Shown: one piece after another, positions 1 through 11,316 of the stretch | How positions within the stretch are numbered: the first letter of the stretch is position 1 | How the letters are laid out: each line of letters starts with the position of its first letter | Source: Laetmonice hystrix | Lineage: Eukaryota | DNA length: 64,000 nucleotides | Reading direction: 5' to 3' | Assembly (NCBI GenBank): GCA_965235115.1 | Contig: OZ249445.1 | Location: forward strand, 1,860,001 to 1,924,000 | Notes under the pieces: model-generated | The model's database searches: none | Seen by the model: only the letters and a program-made list of their open reading frames with translations | Told to the model about the DNA's origin: nothing | Program-made: the position numbers and the translations under genes

Positions 1-977
1 TTCTAGCATGGCCACAGGTGCCAAGGTAACGGTGTGAGATATGTCCCTCGCAAACCGTACTGTCAGCGCCGTATACCACACTACGGCAGTTCTGACTTCC
101 TGCATGGAGATCGGCCCAACCAAGGCAGTGCTGGTCGGGGCGGTGACATCCCATCGAAACTATACAGGCAGCAATGGAGAGCGATCTGGGTGCCAAAACT
201 GTGTGTTGAACATGGCTTTAAAAACAGTCGGCCCGTTTTAACAGGTGAACAGCATGCTACTGGTGCCAACACATGCAGTTTCTATCAAAACGGTGGCCTA
301 TAATAAGGATTACTCTCAAACTCTTTCAAGGTATGGGTCCTCGTTCCAGGCCATTACTGTATTACAGATAACCATTAATTGCACATTGATTTGTTGTGTG
401 TTCTCAATGCACTAGTCGCAGAACAATATGAATCCCCATTGTCTGCTATTTAGCGTTGGAAGTATTGCACTACTGGCTCAATTATTGTTGCCTTCACAGA
501 ACCATCTGCTAGTGGAGCTGAGCGGGATGTGATTGCACCAAACAACAGTCTGCCTCCACCCTGCTGCCTCCAGGAGGGGGGCGCTTCAAACATTGTTTGA
601 GCCAGCGATCAATACATGTGAACGATATCCTATCACTGGTGACCGCTAGAAAGAATGACCATTATTTTTATGGCGCTAAGTCCTCGGGAGCGGTCGTAAA
701 CGGCCCGTCTCGTGTTACTCGGTGACGTCTTGCTCACCTAGCCAGGTGTGCTGTTTGAAGTATGCTGAATCACTCGGTCGATTTACCTTTGACGATCTCC
801 TGCTGACATAGCTGCAGGAGACACTCCTGGTTTTACCACCTGTGTTTGGACTGGATGTCTGTGGTAAAGGTTTCAGCGTGAACGTCAGCTAAGAATCGCA
901 GTAACTTTATCGTGTAAATATAGACGCCCTGAGGCGCTATCCTCTGTCTGTACGACCTACATGGGTACATTCCGACT

Positions 978-1057
978 GTGCCATGTGCCATATCGAGACG
1001 GTGGTGCCATGTGCCATATCGAGATGGTGGTGCCATGTGCCATATCGAGATGGTGGT
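978..1057. repeat. 26-bp tandem repeat x3
   Basis: Unit gtgccatgtgccatatcgagatggtg seen directly. Confidence 0.9.
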
Positions 1058-1337
1058 CTTAAAGGATCACCTGACGCGTTGCTTGTATATATCGGACAGG
1101 TCGAGTAACCCGGCCGAAACATTCATTTATCTAAGTGCATACTGCAACAGGAACCTCAATATTGGTCCTCTGTTTCATGATGCTGAAACATGTTTCATGC
1201 TGAAACATGATGCTGCCGATAAGTAGAATCTGGGAGACAAATGGCAATACTTAGTCAGCAAGGACATCCAGTTTATGCAGATTCTTCAGGACCTGATCAA
1301 ATCATGCATAGCTCTGTATCTACTTGCCAGAAACAAA

Positions 1338-1900
1338 CCCCATGTATGTGGCCCGAGGGTCCATGTGAATCTGTTCCACAGACACCCATGTATGTGGCCC
1401 GAGGGTCCATGTGAATCTGTTCCACAGACACCCCATGTATGTGGCCCATGGGTCCATGTGAATCTGTTCCACAGATACCCCATGTATGTGGCCCGAGGGT
1501 CCATGTGAATCTGTTCCACTGACCCCCATGAATGTGGCCCGAGGGTCCATGTGAATCTGTTCCACAGACACCCCATGTGTGTGGCCCGAGGGTCCATGTG
1601 AATCTGTTCCACAGACACCCCATGTATGTGGCCCGAGGGTCCATGTGAATCTGTTCCACAGACCCCCCATGTATGTGACCCGGGGGTCCATGTGAATCTG
1701 TTCCACAGACACCCCATGTATGTGGCCCGAGGGTCCATGTGAATCTGTTCCACAGACCTCCCATGTATGTGGCCTGAGGGTCCATGTGAATCTGTTCCAC
1801 AGACCTCCCATGTATGTGGCCCGAGGGTCCATGTGAATCTGTTCCACAGACACCCCATGTGTGTGGCCCGAGGGTCCATGTGAATCTGTTCCACAGACCC
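1338..1900. repeat. 47-bp minisatellite x~12
   Basis: Unit ccccatgtatgtggcccgagggtccatgtgaatctgttccacagaca; accounts for the ORFs at 1275-2071. Confidence 0.97.
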
Positions 1901-2579
1901 CGACAATCCTGTCGGACTTTAAGGACGCCTGCACGTTCAGGTCCGACCCTTGTTGTTGGACACGTGTCGTTCTACATGTCGTTCGTTGACGTGCGAGCCT
2001 CACGTAGAGTGCATGTCCCACAAGGTTATCCATTTATCAGCAGACTGTATGAACCACGTGGATATATTTAGATACGATTGAGATGACTCAAGGATTCGGC
2101 AGCGAGTGTTATCAGATCCATAAAGCACTCCTATTTGTCGGTGAGCCGGACGGTCGGAGCAGTGGCCACTCCTTCATCATGTTATGTCCTGTGGTCGTAG
2201 ACTTTTTCTGGTGATTGCTTGTCGCCGGGTACAGCTGGACACAGGGTTCCGGCCCCGGCCAACGTGGACATTGCCAACCGTGGTCAGTTTATTAGGGTTC
2301 GCAGCAGGGGAGGGAGGCCGGGGGTCCCTGGTTACAGCATTCCTCTACACTCGATACCAATTCCCTTTGTGCTTGATACTGAAGACATCAAGATTATTCT
2401 AAACCGTCGTCAAATTACATTGATGTATACGATCCACAACCCCTCCAACCATGAATAACGTATTTAGGAATCCCACTACATTCCAGCATGTTTTACAGGT
2501 GTTTATTGGCTTAACGTGTCCATTGACGGAAAAGTCAATCAATTGGCAGTAATCAGTCTAGCGGAACTAATAAGTGACA

Positions 2580-3803
2580 ACGTGGAATGTGTAGAGATCG
2601 AAGTGGAGCGGCAATGGACAGCGTCTGTTCAGTGTCTGTTCAGTGTCTGTTCAGTGTCTGTTCAGCAGTGCGTCGTGAAAGGAACTGGATACGCTGAAAC
2701 TCGGCAGTCCTCAATAGATGAGGATTCCAGGTTCACCATGCGCACTCAAAGTTCACCACCGTGGCTAACTGCCTGACTGGATCTTGCCTTGTTCTACACG
2801 GCGTGTTGGCATTGCCTACCACGGTTGGAGCGGGCGCCAGAGCCGCGGACGTCGTAGACAGCAGGAGCGGGTCGTCAGTGGAGTTAGCAGCAGCCACTAC
2901 TCGGACACCATCCCGTACGAGGACTGAGCTCTACCCGGACCGCTGTCGCATTGTTTCATCAGTGGCTCAGTGAACCAATAGGACACCGGGTTGACCATGA
3001 AGGACCTAACAGTGTATTCCAACCGCACAGTCCTTGATACTGACGTGGATTACGACCGTTTGATTTAGTGACCGGGAGCACCGCGAGCTGAGCAAGCCCT
3101 GTCTGCCACATCCCCGCGGGAACTCTTGTATCGTGGGAGAAATCTCGCTCCTTGTCACCAACAGCCTCAGTAACTACCTCAGCATCATTACCCGCCTCCG
3201 TATATAGTTAAACTACTCTACAGGAGGCGGGCTCTGCCTCATGTTCCGCGCAGTCAGTTCTGTCGGCCCCTGAGCCTCCTGGCCCCGGGGCCGGATCACT
3301 CGGCGCCGCCGCCAGTTGATGGTTCATGAAGTGACGCCGGTCAGACACGCTGCCAGCTCCACGGCCCTGTTTCTATCTCAGCACTTTACCCTCACTTTAT
3401 ATTGGAATCTCACTACCTCTCAGCCTATCAACCGAGATGAACTAGTTTCAAGTTTGCCTCTACATTGAAACAGAAGCTATGGTAGTTGACTACCGATAAC
3501 GTAGAGATACACATCATCACAGGACGGTTGGATGTTATAGGCCTCTGTATGCAGTCCCATCGCCGACGACGGCAGTGTGCGAGCGGACCACGTTAGGGGT
3601 AGGTAACTGAATTGGGCCGCACAATACGACAGCGTTAAAACGTAGTCTCTGTCAGTTAGCTGTCAGCCAGACGAACACACAGAGGAATACCTCACACTCC
3701 ACGGCCAGCCGTGCATGCACTTCCAGGATAAACAGACCAATAACTGGATTATTCCAATACCTACTTGACGGATTAACGGAGATTTCATTGGCACTGGATT
3801 ACC
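2580..3803 (+). promoter_or_regulatory. CpG-rich putative promoter / long 5' UTR of the Gfrl-like gene
   Basis: Non-repetitive, GC- and CpG-rich stretch directly upstream of the Kozak ATG. It contains Inr-like TCAGT motifs (tandem tgtctgttcag x4 near 2622-2665; TCAGTT near 3255 and 3654) and a CCAAT near 2975. The TSS cannot be located from sequence. Confidence 0.4.
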
Positions 3804-3840
3804 ATGGTATCCCAAGCAAGGACACTTCTACAGACCTTGG
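3804..3840 (+). CDS. Gfrl: Gfrl-like putative first coding exon (MVSQARTLLQTL, N-terminal part of signal peptide)
   Basis: ACCATGG Kozak context at 3801-3807, followed by a strong phase-1 donor G|GTGAGT at 3841. Joining to exon 2 gives the continuous hydrophobic stretch LLQTLVVLLSVAG. It lies downstream of a CpG-rich, UTR/promoter-like region. The 39-kb distance to exon 2 is the main uncertainty. Confidence 0.65.
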
Positions 3841-3905
3841 GTGAGTAGCTTTTAAAGAAAATGTTGCCGCTGCCAAGTACTTAAGTCATGAGGCCGGCTT
3901 TTCTT

Positions 3906-4081
3906 CTCCCTGTGGCCGGGCCAGCCGGACTAGGTGGTTTACTCCCTGTGGCCGGGCCAGCCGGACTAGGTGGTTTACTCCCTGTGGCCGGGCCGGGCCA
4001 GCCGGACTAGGTTGTTTACTCCCTGTGGCCGGGCCAGCCGGACTAGGTGGTTTACTCCCTGTGGCCGGGCCAGCCGGACTA
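3906..4081. repeat. 36-bp GC-rich minisatellite x~5
   Basis: Unit ctccctgtggccgggccagccggactaggtggttta; starts ~65 bp after the exon 1 donor. Confidence 0.95.
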
Positions 4082-4767
4082 AATGTGTTATGGACAGGTA
4101 CCCTTACCAGCATACCTGATACACATACCTGCTGCTCGCTGTCTCTCAGGGTGCGATTATTGCCAGGTTTGCACGCACACACGTTCAAATTAGCCTCATT
4201 TATGTAGTATGATGGAATACTTCGATGCTACAGTGCACGCAGCGTCAATGGGAAAAGGGAATGATTCTTTTTAATATTGTACACGGGACCGCGCGGGAGG
4301 GTGGGGGAGGGGTGTGATCCGATCATTGTGGAGACGTTTGTTGCCACAGGATTTGCAATATACGGGGAGGATCTGCGGAAGACAAGGAGGCCAAAGCCAT
4401 TAAGTCTCAGCGGACCTGACTGAAAGCCGCAGACTTGATACAGTCTTGTATTTGCATATAGTCCTGTCCATGTAGTCTGTGCGCGAGGGTGGCGAGGAGC
4501 GCAGAGCATGGATTATTGAGCAGGGTTGTCCCCGGCCGACAGAAACTATATTTATTAATGGGAAAGTATTGGTTTGACGGAATCGTCAGCCAGAGTTAGA
4601 GGAATGCCCATACAGAGTGTTGGGAAGGAGCGAGTCATCCCCACAAGGCCCAGCGGGTGGTGCTTGAAGGCAACGACTTTTCCCTTGATCTTGGCAATGT
4701 ATCAACTTGTTGTTCCGCTGGCATGTCTGCCTTGACTGAGCAATCCCCCTCCCCTTTCTTCGCTTCC

Positions 4768-4810
4768 CTCCTCCTCCTCCCCTCCTCCTCCCTCCTCCTC
4801 CTCCTCCTCT
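4768..4810. repeat. (CCT)n microsatellite
   Basis: Direct inspection. Confidence 0.9.
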
Positions 4811-5428
4811 TCCACTTCTCCCTATCCACTCCTCCGCCTCATCCTCGGGCACTACCTCATCTATAAAGCGTTGACGCTGGGACCCCGTTCCAGGACCGAG
4901 GTTACCGTAAGGTTCCCCCCTCCCGAGGTGACACTGAATTCAAAAGGCAGGATCCCATCGAGTTCAAGATTTGTCACACACACTGAATGGGTCAACGTTT
5001 TAAAAATTAATTTTGTTTTCCCATGAAAGATCAAAGCTCCAGACGTACAACAGACGAATTCCAACGAGCTCGTCCCATTCACTCCCCATTGTATCAAAAT
5101 GCCATGGCCTAGAACGCCTGGCTGATTCCTCCTGGTTCATCTCACTCAAACTCTCCAACTGTCACCCTAAAACCCCCAAGAGGAAAGGAATGGGTTTCTG
5201 TTATTGAAGATGAAGAATATGTTAAGTTTCTGCGATTGTCCTCCGCTGACCTGCGGCAGTTTCCATGAGGCTGCTCAGGGGGCGTTATGGGCGGGCCTTG
5301 TAGGATCAATCGGTGGAGAACATGACAGTAAGTTCCGCAGGATGAACCCCCCTACATCCCTGCATGAACACCCGCCCGCCCGCCCGCCGGCTGCATACAT
5401 GATCTCCTAATCTTGATCCTCCACAAGT

Positions 5429-5714
5429 ATCCTTCCTGTGTACTACACAAGTCCTGAATCCTTCCTGTGTACTACACAAGTCCTGAATCCTTCCTGTGTA
5501 CTACACAAGTCATGAATCCTTCATCTGTACTACACAAGTCATGAATCCTTCCTGTGTGCTACACAAGTCATGAATCCTTCCTGTGTACTACACAAGTCAT
5601 GAATCCTTCCTGTGTACTACACAAGTCATGAATCCTTCCTGTGCACTACACAAGTCATGAATCCTTCCTGTGTACTACACAAGTCATGAATCCTTCCTGT
5701 GTACTACACAAGTC
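5429..5714. repeat. 29-bp minisatellite x~10
   Basis: Unit atccttcctgtgtactacacaagtcatga. Confidence 0.96.
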
Positions 5715-6353
5715 AATACCAAATCCCCGGGAACCTACAGACGAGCTGGTTGAAGGTTGAAGTTTATGCCGACGGTTCTGGCAGTGGTAGATAGAAGCAG
5801 AAATAGGCGGGCTAACCGAGTCCTTGACCCATGGACGGCCGGACAGGGCAGTATATACACATACATGCCAGGGGCAGTTACAAGACACGGATATCTCTAC
5901 CGCTGCAGCCGATAGTTTAGGGTGCCATGGGAGTTTCTCTAACCCTTTTTAACTCGAGACAGAGTAATCACATTTTTAGATGTTCTAAGATGTGCCCATG
6001 CTCCGGGTCTTTAGATTACGTCCTTGATCGAAACAGATCAATGCCTGGCGAAGGTCAATCACCATTTCAACTAATATTTGATAAAACAATCACTATAATT
6101 AGTAACAGCCCGGAACTGCCGACTGACCTCTCACGAGATCACGTCTGACCTCTTTAAGATAATCTCTATCAGGATTAGATCCGCCAAATGAATCTCTTCC
6201 TTTCCCACAGCAGGGAAACAAATCGTTTGTTCAGACCGACCGTGGCCTTTCCTTGACCTTTGCGACCTAAATGATTGAGGTTCGAAAAGATGCGTGACAT
6301 CGACTTGGTTTACTGTGTGGTCAGAACCAATGGATTGATTTACTAATGGACCC

Positions 6354-7770
6354 GATAACAAGGCACTCGTTACTGATGGCACTCCTTACACAGGGCTGGT
6401 TAGTTCTAACTGATAGCAAGGCACTCGTTACTGATGGCACTCCTTACACAGGGCTGGTTAGTTCTAACTGATAGCAAGGCACTCGTTACTGATGGCACTC
6501 CTTACACAGGGCTGGTTAGTTCTAACTGATAGCAAGGCACTCGTTACTGATGGCACTCCTTATACACAGGGCTGGTTAGTTCTAACTGATAGCAAGGCAC
6601 TCGTTACTGATGGCACTCCTTACACAGGGCTGGTTAGTTCTAACTGATAGCAAGGCACTCGTTACTGATGGCACTCCTTACACAGGGCTGGTTAGTTCTA
6701 ACTGATAGCAAGGCACTCGTTACTGATGGCACTCCTTATACACAGGGCTGGTTAGTTCTAACTGATAGCAAGGCACTCGTTACTGATGGCACTCCTTATA
6801 CACAGGGCTGGTTAGTTCTAACTGATAGCAAGGCACTCGTTACTGATGGCACTCCTTACACAGGGCTGGTTAGTTCTAACTGATAGCAAGGCACTCGTTA
6901 CTGATGGCACTCCTTATACACAGGGCTGGTTAGTTCTAACTGATAGCAAGGCACTCGTTACTGATGGCACTCCTTACACAGCTGGTTAGTTCTAACTGAT
7001 AGCAAGGCACTCGTTACTGATGGCACTCCTTATACACAGGGCTGGTTAGTTCTAACTGATAGCAAGGCACTCGTTACTGATGGCACTCCTTACACAGCTG
7101 GTTAGTTCTAACTGATAGCAAGGCACTCGTTACTGATGGCACTCCTTATACACAGGGCTGGTTAGTTCTAACTGATAGCAAGGCACTCGTTACTGATGGC
7201 ACTCCTTACACAGCTGGTTAGTTCTAACTGATAGCAAGGCACTCGTTACTGATGGCACTCCTTATACACAGGGCTGGTTAGTTCTAACTGATAGCAAGGC
7301 ACTCGTTACTGATGGCACTCCTTACACAGGGCTGGTTAGTTCTAACTGATAGCAAGGCACTCGTTACTGATGGCACTCCTTATACACAGGGCTGGTTAGT
7401 TCTAACTGATAGCAAGGCACTCGTTACTGATGGCACTCCTTATACACAGGGCTGGTTAGTTCTAACTGATAGCAAGGCACTCGTTACTGATGGCACTCCT
7501 TATACACAGGGCTGGTTAGTTCTAACTGATAGCAAGGCACTCGTTACTGATGGCACTCCTTATACACAGGGCTAGTTAGTTCTAACTGATAGCAAGGCAC
7601 TCGTTACTGATGGCACTCCTTATACACAGGGCTGGTTAGTTCTAACTGATAGCAAGGCACTCGTTACTGATGGCACTCCTTATACACAGGGCTAGTTAGT
7701 TCTAACTGATAGCAAGGCACTCGTTACTGATGGCACTCCTCACACAGGGCTGGTTAGTTCTAACTGATAG
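6354..7770. repeat. 56/58/60-bp minisatellite x~24
   Basis: Unit tagcaaggcactcgttactgatggcactcctta(ta)caca(gg)gctggttagttctaactga, with length variants. Confidence 0.97.
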
Positions 7771-8116
7771 CTGAGGGGAAATAAGACACATGTATAAACT
7801 GCCCCTTTAATAGGTTATTTCACCCTAGTAATATTCCCCAGGAATCGATGGGAAGGGGTTAGGGCGAGTGGTAGGGTTAGGACAGGGATAGATTTTTAGG
7901 TTCGAATACAATATTTCGTTGGGACATTTCCATGGAGGATCTGCCCTTTAAGAAAAAGGTTCAAAGACGGCGTTTGATGCAGACCGGGTGTTGTTGACGT
8001 AACCTCGACAGACTCTGGCACCAGGGGGTGCATGAAAGACAGTCTGAGGGTAGTGAAGACTGTCGGGGCGAACAGGTGATAACAACGGGGCATGGACTTG
8101 AAGAAGGGTTGGACGG

Positions 8117-8180
8117 TTGGTGGTGGTGGTGGTGGTGGTGGCGGTGGTGTTGGTGGTGAAGGAGGTGGTGGTGGTGGTGT
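8117..8180. repeat. (GGT)n microsatellite
   Basis: Direct inspection; source of the poly-Pro, poly-His and poly-Gly ORFs. Confidence 0.9.
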
Positions 8181-8245
8181 AACCAGGAGCAGGTGCGCGA
8201 CCAGGATGGTCGGCACCACTCTACATGTACAGGAAAGAATATCAT

Positions 8246-9955
8246 GGAGAGTGAGCCGGCTGGTCTGGGTGGTCATGGCCCAGCCTCACGGCAACACCGA
8301 GAGTGACCCGGCTGGTCTGGGTGGTCATGGCCCAGCCTCACGGCAACACCGAGAGTGACCCGGCTGGTCTGGGTGGTCATGGCCCAGCCTCACGGCAGCA
8401 CGGAGAGTGAGCCGGCTGGTCTGGGTGGTCATGGCCCAGCCTCACGGCAACACCGAGAGTGAGCCGGCTGGTCTGGGTGGTCATGGCCCAGCCTCACGGC
8501 AGCACCGAGAGTGAGCCGGCTGGTCTGGGTGGTCATGGCCCAGCCTCATGGCAGCACCGAGAGTGAGCCGGCTGGTCTGGGTGGTCATGGCCCAGCCTCA
8601 CGGCAACACCGAGAGTGACCCGGCTGGTCTGGGTGGTCATGGCCCAGCCTCACGGCAGCACGGAGAGTGAGCCGGCTGGTCTGGGTGGTCATGGCCCAGC
8701 CTCACGGCAGCACCGAGAGTGAGCCGGCTGGTCTGGGTGGTCATGGCCCAGCCTCACGGCAGCACGGAGAGTGAGCCGGCTGGTCTGGGTGGTCATGGCC
8801 CAGCCTCACGGCAGCACCGAGAGTTAGCCGGCTGGTCTGGGTGGTCATGGCCCAGCCTCACGGCAGCACCGAGAGTGAGCCGGCTGGTCTGGGTGGTCAT
8901 GGCCCAGCCTCACGGCAGCACGGAGAGTGAGCCGGCTGGTCTGGGTGGTCATGGCCCAGCCTCACGGCAGCACCGAGAGTGAGCCGGCTGGTCTGGGTGG
9001 TCATGGCCCAGCCTCACGGCAGCACGGAGAGTGAGCCGGCTGGTCTGGGTGGTCATGGCCCAGCCTCACGGCAGCACCAAGAGTGAGCCGGCTGGTCTGG
9101 GTGGTCATGGCCCAGCCTCACGGCAGCACGGAGAGTGAGCCGGCTGGTCTGGGTGGTCATGGCCCAGCCTCACGGCAGCACCGAGAGTAAGCCGGCTGGT
9201 CTGGGTGGTCATGGCCCAGCCTCACGGCAGCACCGAGAGTGAGCCGGCTGGTCTGGGTGGTCATGGCCCAGCCTCACGGCAGCACGGAGAGTGAGCCGGC
9301 TGGTCTGGGTGGTCATGGCCCAGCCTCACGGCAGCACCGAGAGTGAGCCGGCTGGTCTGGGTGGTCATGGCCCAGCCTCACGGCAGCACCGAGAGTGAGC
9401 CGGCTGGTCTGGGTGGTCATGGCCCAGCCTCACGGCAGCACGGAGAGTGAGCCGGCTGGTCTGGGTGGTCATGGCCCAGCCTCACGGCAGCACGGAGAGT
9501 GAGCCGGCTGGTCTGGGTGGTCATGGCCCAGCCTCACGGCAGCACCGAGAGTGAGCCGGCTGGTCTGGGTGGTCATGGCCCAGCCTCACGGCAGCACCGA
9601 GAGTGAGCCGGCTGGTCTGGGTGGTCATGGCCCAGCCTCACGGCAGCACGGAGAGTGAGCCGGCTGGTCTGGGTGGTCATGGCCCAGCCTCACGGCAGCA
9701 CGGAGAGTGGGCCGGCTGGTCTGGGTGGTCATGACCCAGTCTCACGGCAGCACCGAGAGTGAGCCGGCTGGTCTGGGTGGTCATGGCCCAGCCTCACGGC
9801 AGCACCGAGAGTGAGCCGGCTGGTCTGGGCGGTCATGGCCCAGCCTCACGGCAGCACGGAGAGTGAGCCGGCTGGTCTGGGCGGTCATGGCCCAGCCTCA
9901 CGGCAGCACCGAGAGTGAGCCGGCTGGTCTGGGTGGTCATGGCCCAGCCTCACGG
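8246..9955. repeat. 52-bp GC-rich minisatellite x~33
   Basis: Unit gagagtgagccggctggtctgggtggtcatggcccagcctcacggcagcacc. Confidence 0.97.
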
Positions 9956-10631
9956 CCATACTGCGTTTATTCCGGTGATAATACACTTTGTTATATTGCA
10001 CATATCTTTCCTGAAGGGTATCAAAGGTCAAATTAATCAGGTCATGGAAATGGATGACTTGGCTTAGAATTTACTGTTACTGCAGCTGCTTGAACAAGCC
10101 AGTAATGGGTGGGTTCCGGCTTCGTTCATTCAAACATCTGAATGTGTGTAGATAATCTACCCAGCAATGACAGCAGCATTGCAACATCTGAACATTTTGA
10201 GTCTTGAGATAAACCGCCTAGCTGATCTGTATTATCGGTGATGTAAAATCTAGTTTTAAACAATGGTAATGTGACAGTTGAATCCGTTTTAAATGGTTGT
10301 GGTGAGAGACTGGGAACGCTGTGTGTCGTAACCTGAGGGTAGGGGAACCGGACGGATGGAACGCCGCGTCTAGCTTCGGGACGTCATCCTCGAAACGATT
10401 TAAAGAAGATTTAGAAATTATTTCACAAAAAACTAATCCGGCGTTGAAGGAGTGCCGCCAATTAGGTTTGCAGCTGCTGCAAGGCGGAGACAGTAGAAAC
10501 ACTCGCCTGTGGTGGACCCTGTATGCCGGCCCCTCAGTGATTACTGAAACATTCTTGGGGTTGGCGGAGCGGAGGACTGTGGTGGTCAGAGGTACCTGGT
10601 CAGAATTCCGTATGAGTCGGCAACAGTTGTA

Positions 10632-11022
10632 TCTGGTTCCCTCTTCATTTTGAACACGTCTCATGCCGACTAAAGTTTCTGGTTCTCTGTTCATTTTGAA
10701 CACGTCTCATGCCGACTAAAGTTTCTGGTTCTCTGTTCATTTTGAACACGTCTCATGACGACTAAAGTTTCTGGTTCTCTGTTCATTTTGAACACGTTTC
10801 ATGCCGACTAAAGTTTCTGGTTCTCTGTTCATTTTGAACACGTCTCATGCCGACTAAAGTTTCTGATTCTCTGTTCATTTTGAACACGTCTCATGCCAAC
10901 TAAAGTTTCTGGTTCTCTGTTCATTTTGAACACGTCTCATGCCAACTAAAGTTTCTGGTTCTCTGTTCATTTTGAACACGTCTCATGCCGACTAAAGTTT
11001 CTGATTCTCTGTTCATTTTGAA
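10632..11022. repeat. 46-bp minisatellite x~8
   Basis: Unit ttcattttgaacacgtctcatgccgactaaagtttctggttctctg. Confidence 0.96.
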
Positions 11023-11071
11023 AACGACCACAAAACGACCACAATGGTTATACTGATAACATTATCTGTAT

Positions 11072-11316
11072 ATCTCTCTCTGCCTCTCTCTGGCTCTCTC
11101 TGTCTCTGTCTCTGTCTCTCTGTCTCTCTGTCTCTCTCTCTCTCTCTCAAGGCGTAAAACCCCAAATCTGGCCTTAAATGGAAATAGCTAGTAACTAACA
11201 TTTTTGAAAAAAATTAGTTTGATGTTTCTTTGAAATTATTATCAATAATAACATAATAATAATAATATTAATAATAATAATATTATTATTATAATTATAT
11301 TATTATTAATATTATT
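11072..11316. repeat. (TC/TCTG)n tract, dispersed-repeat copy, and AT-only (AAT)n/(TTA)n quasi-palindrome
   Basis: TC-rich tract at 11072-11148. The segment 11149-11235 (aaggcgtaaaaccccaaatctgg...gatgtttctt) matches 19666-19750. An AT-only inverted run spans 11244-11316. Confidence 0.85.

Noticed and set aside
7896-8358. Poly-Pro, poly-His and poly-Gly ORFs
   Set aside because: Produced by the (GGT)n microsatellite and the adjacent 52-bp array.
10218-10703. 161-aa and 110-aa opposing ORFs
   Set aside because: No recognisable domain; at most a faint APE-like resemblance, and the ORF start lies in the 46-bp array.
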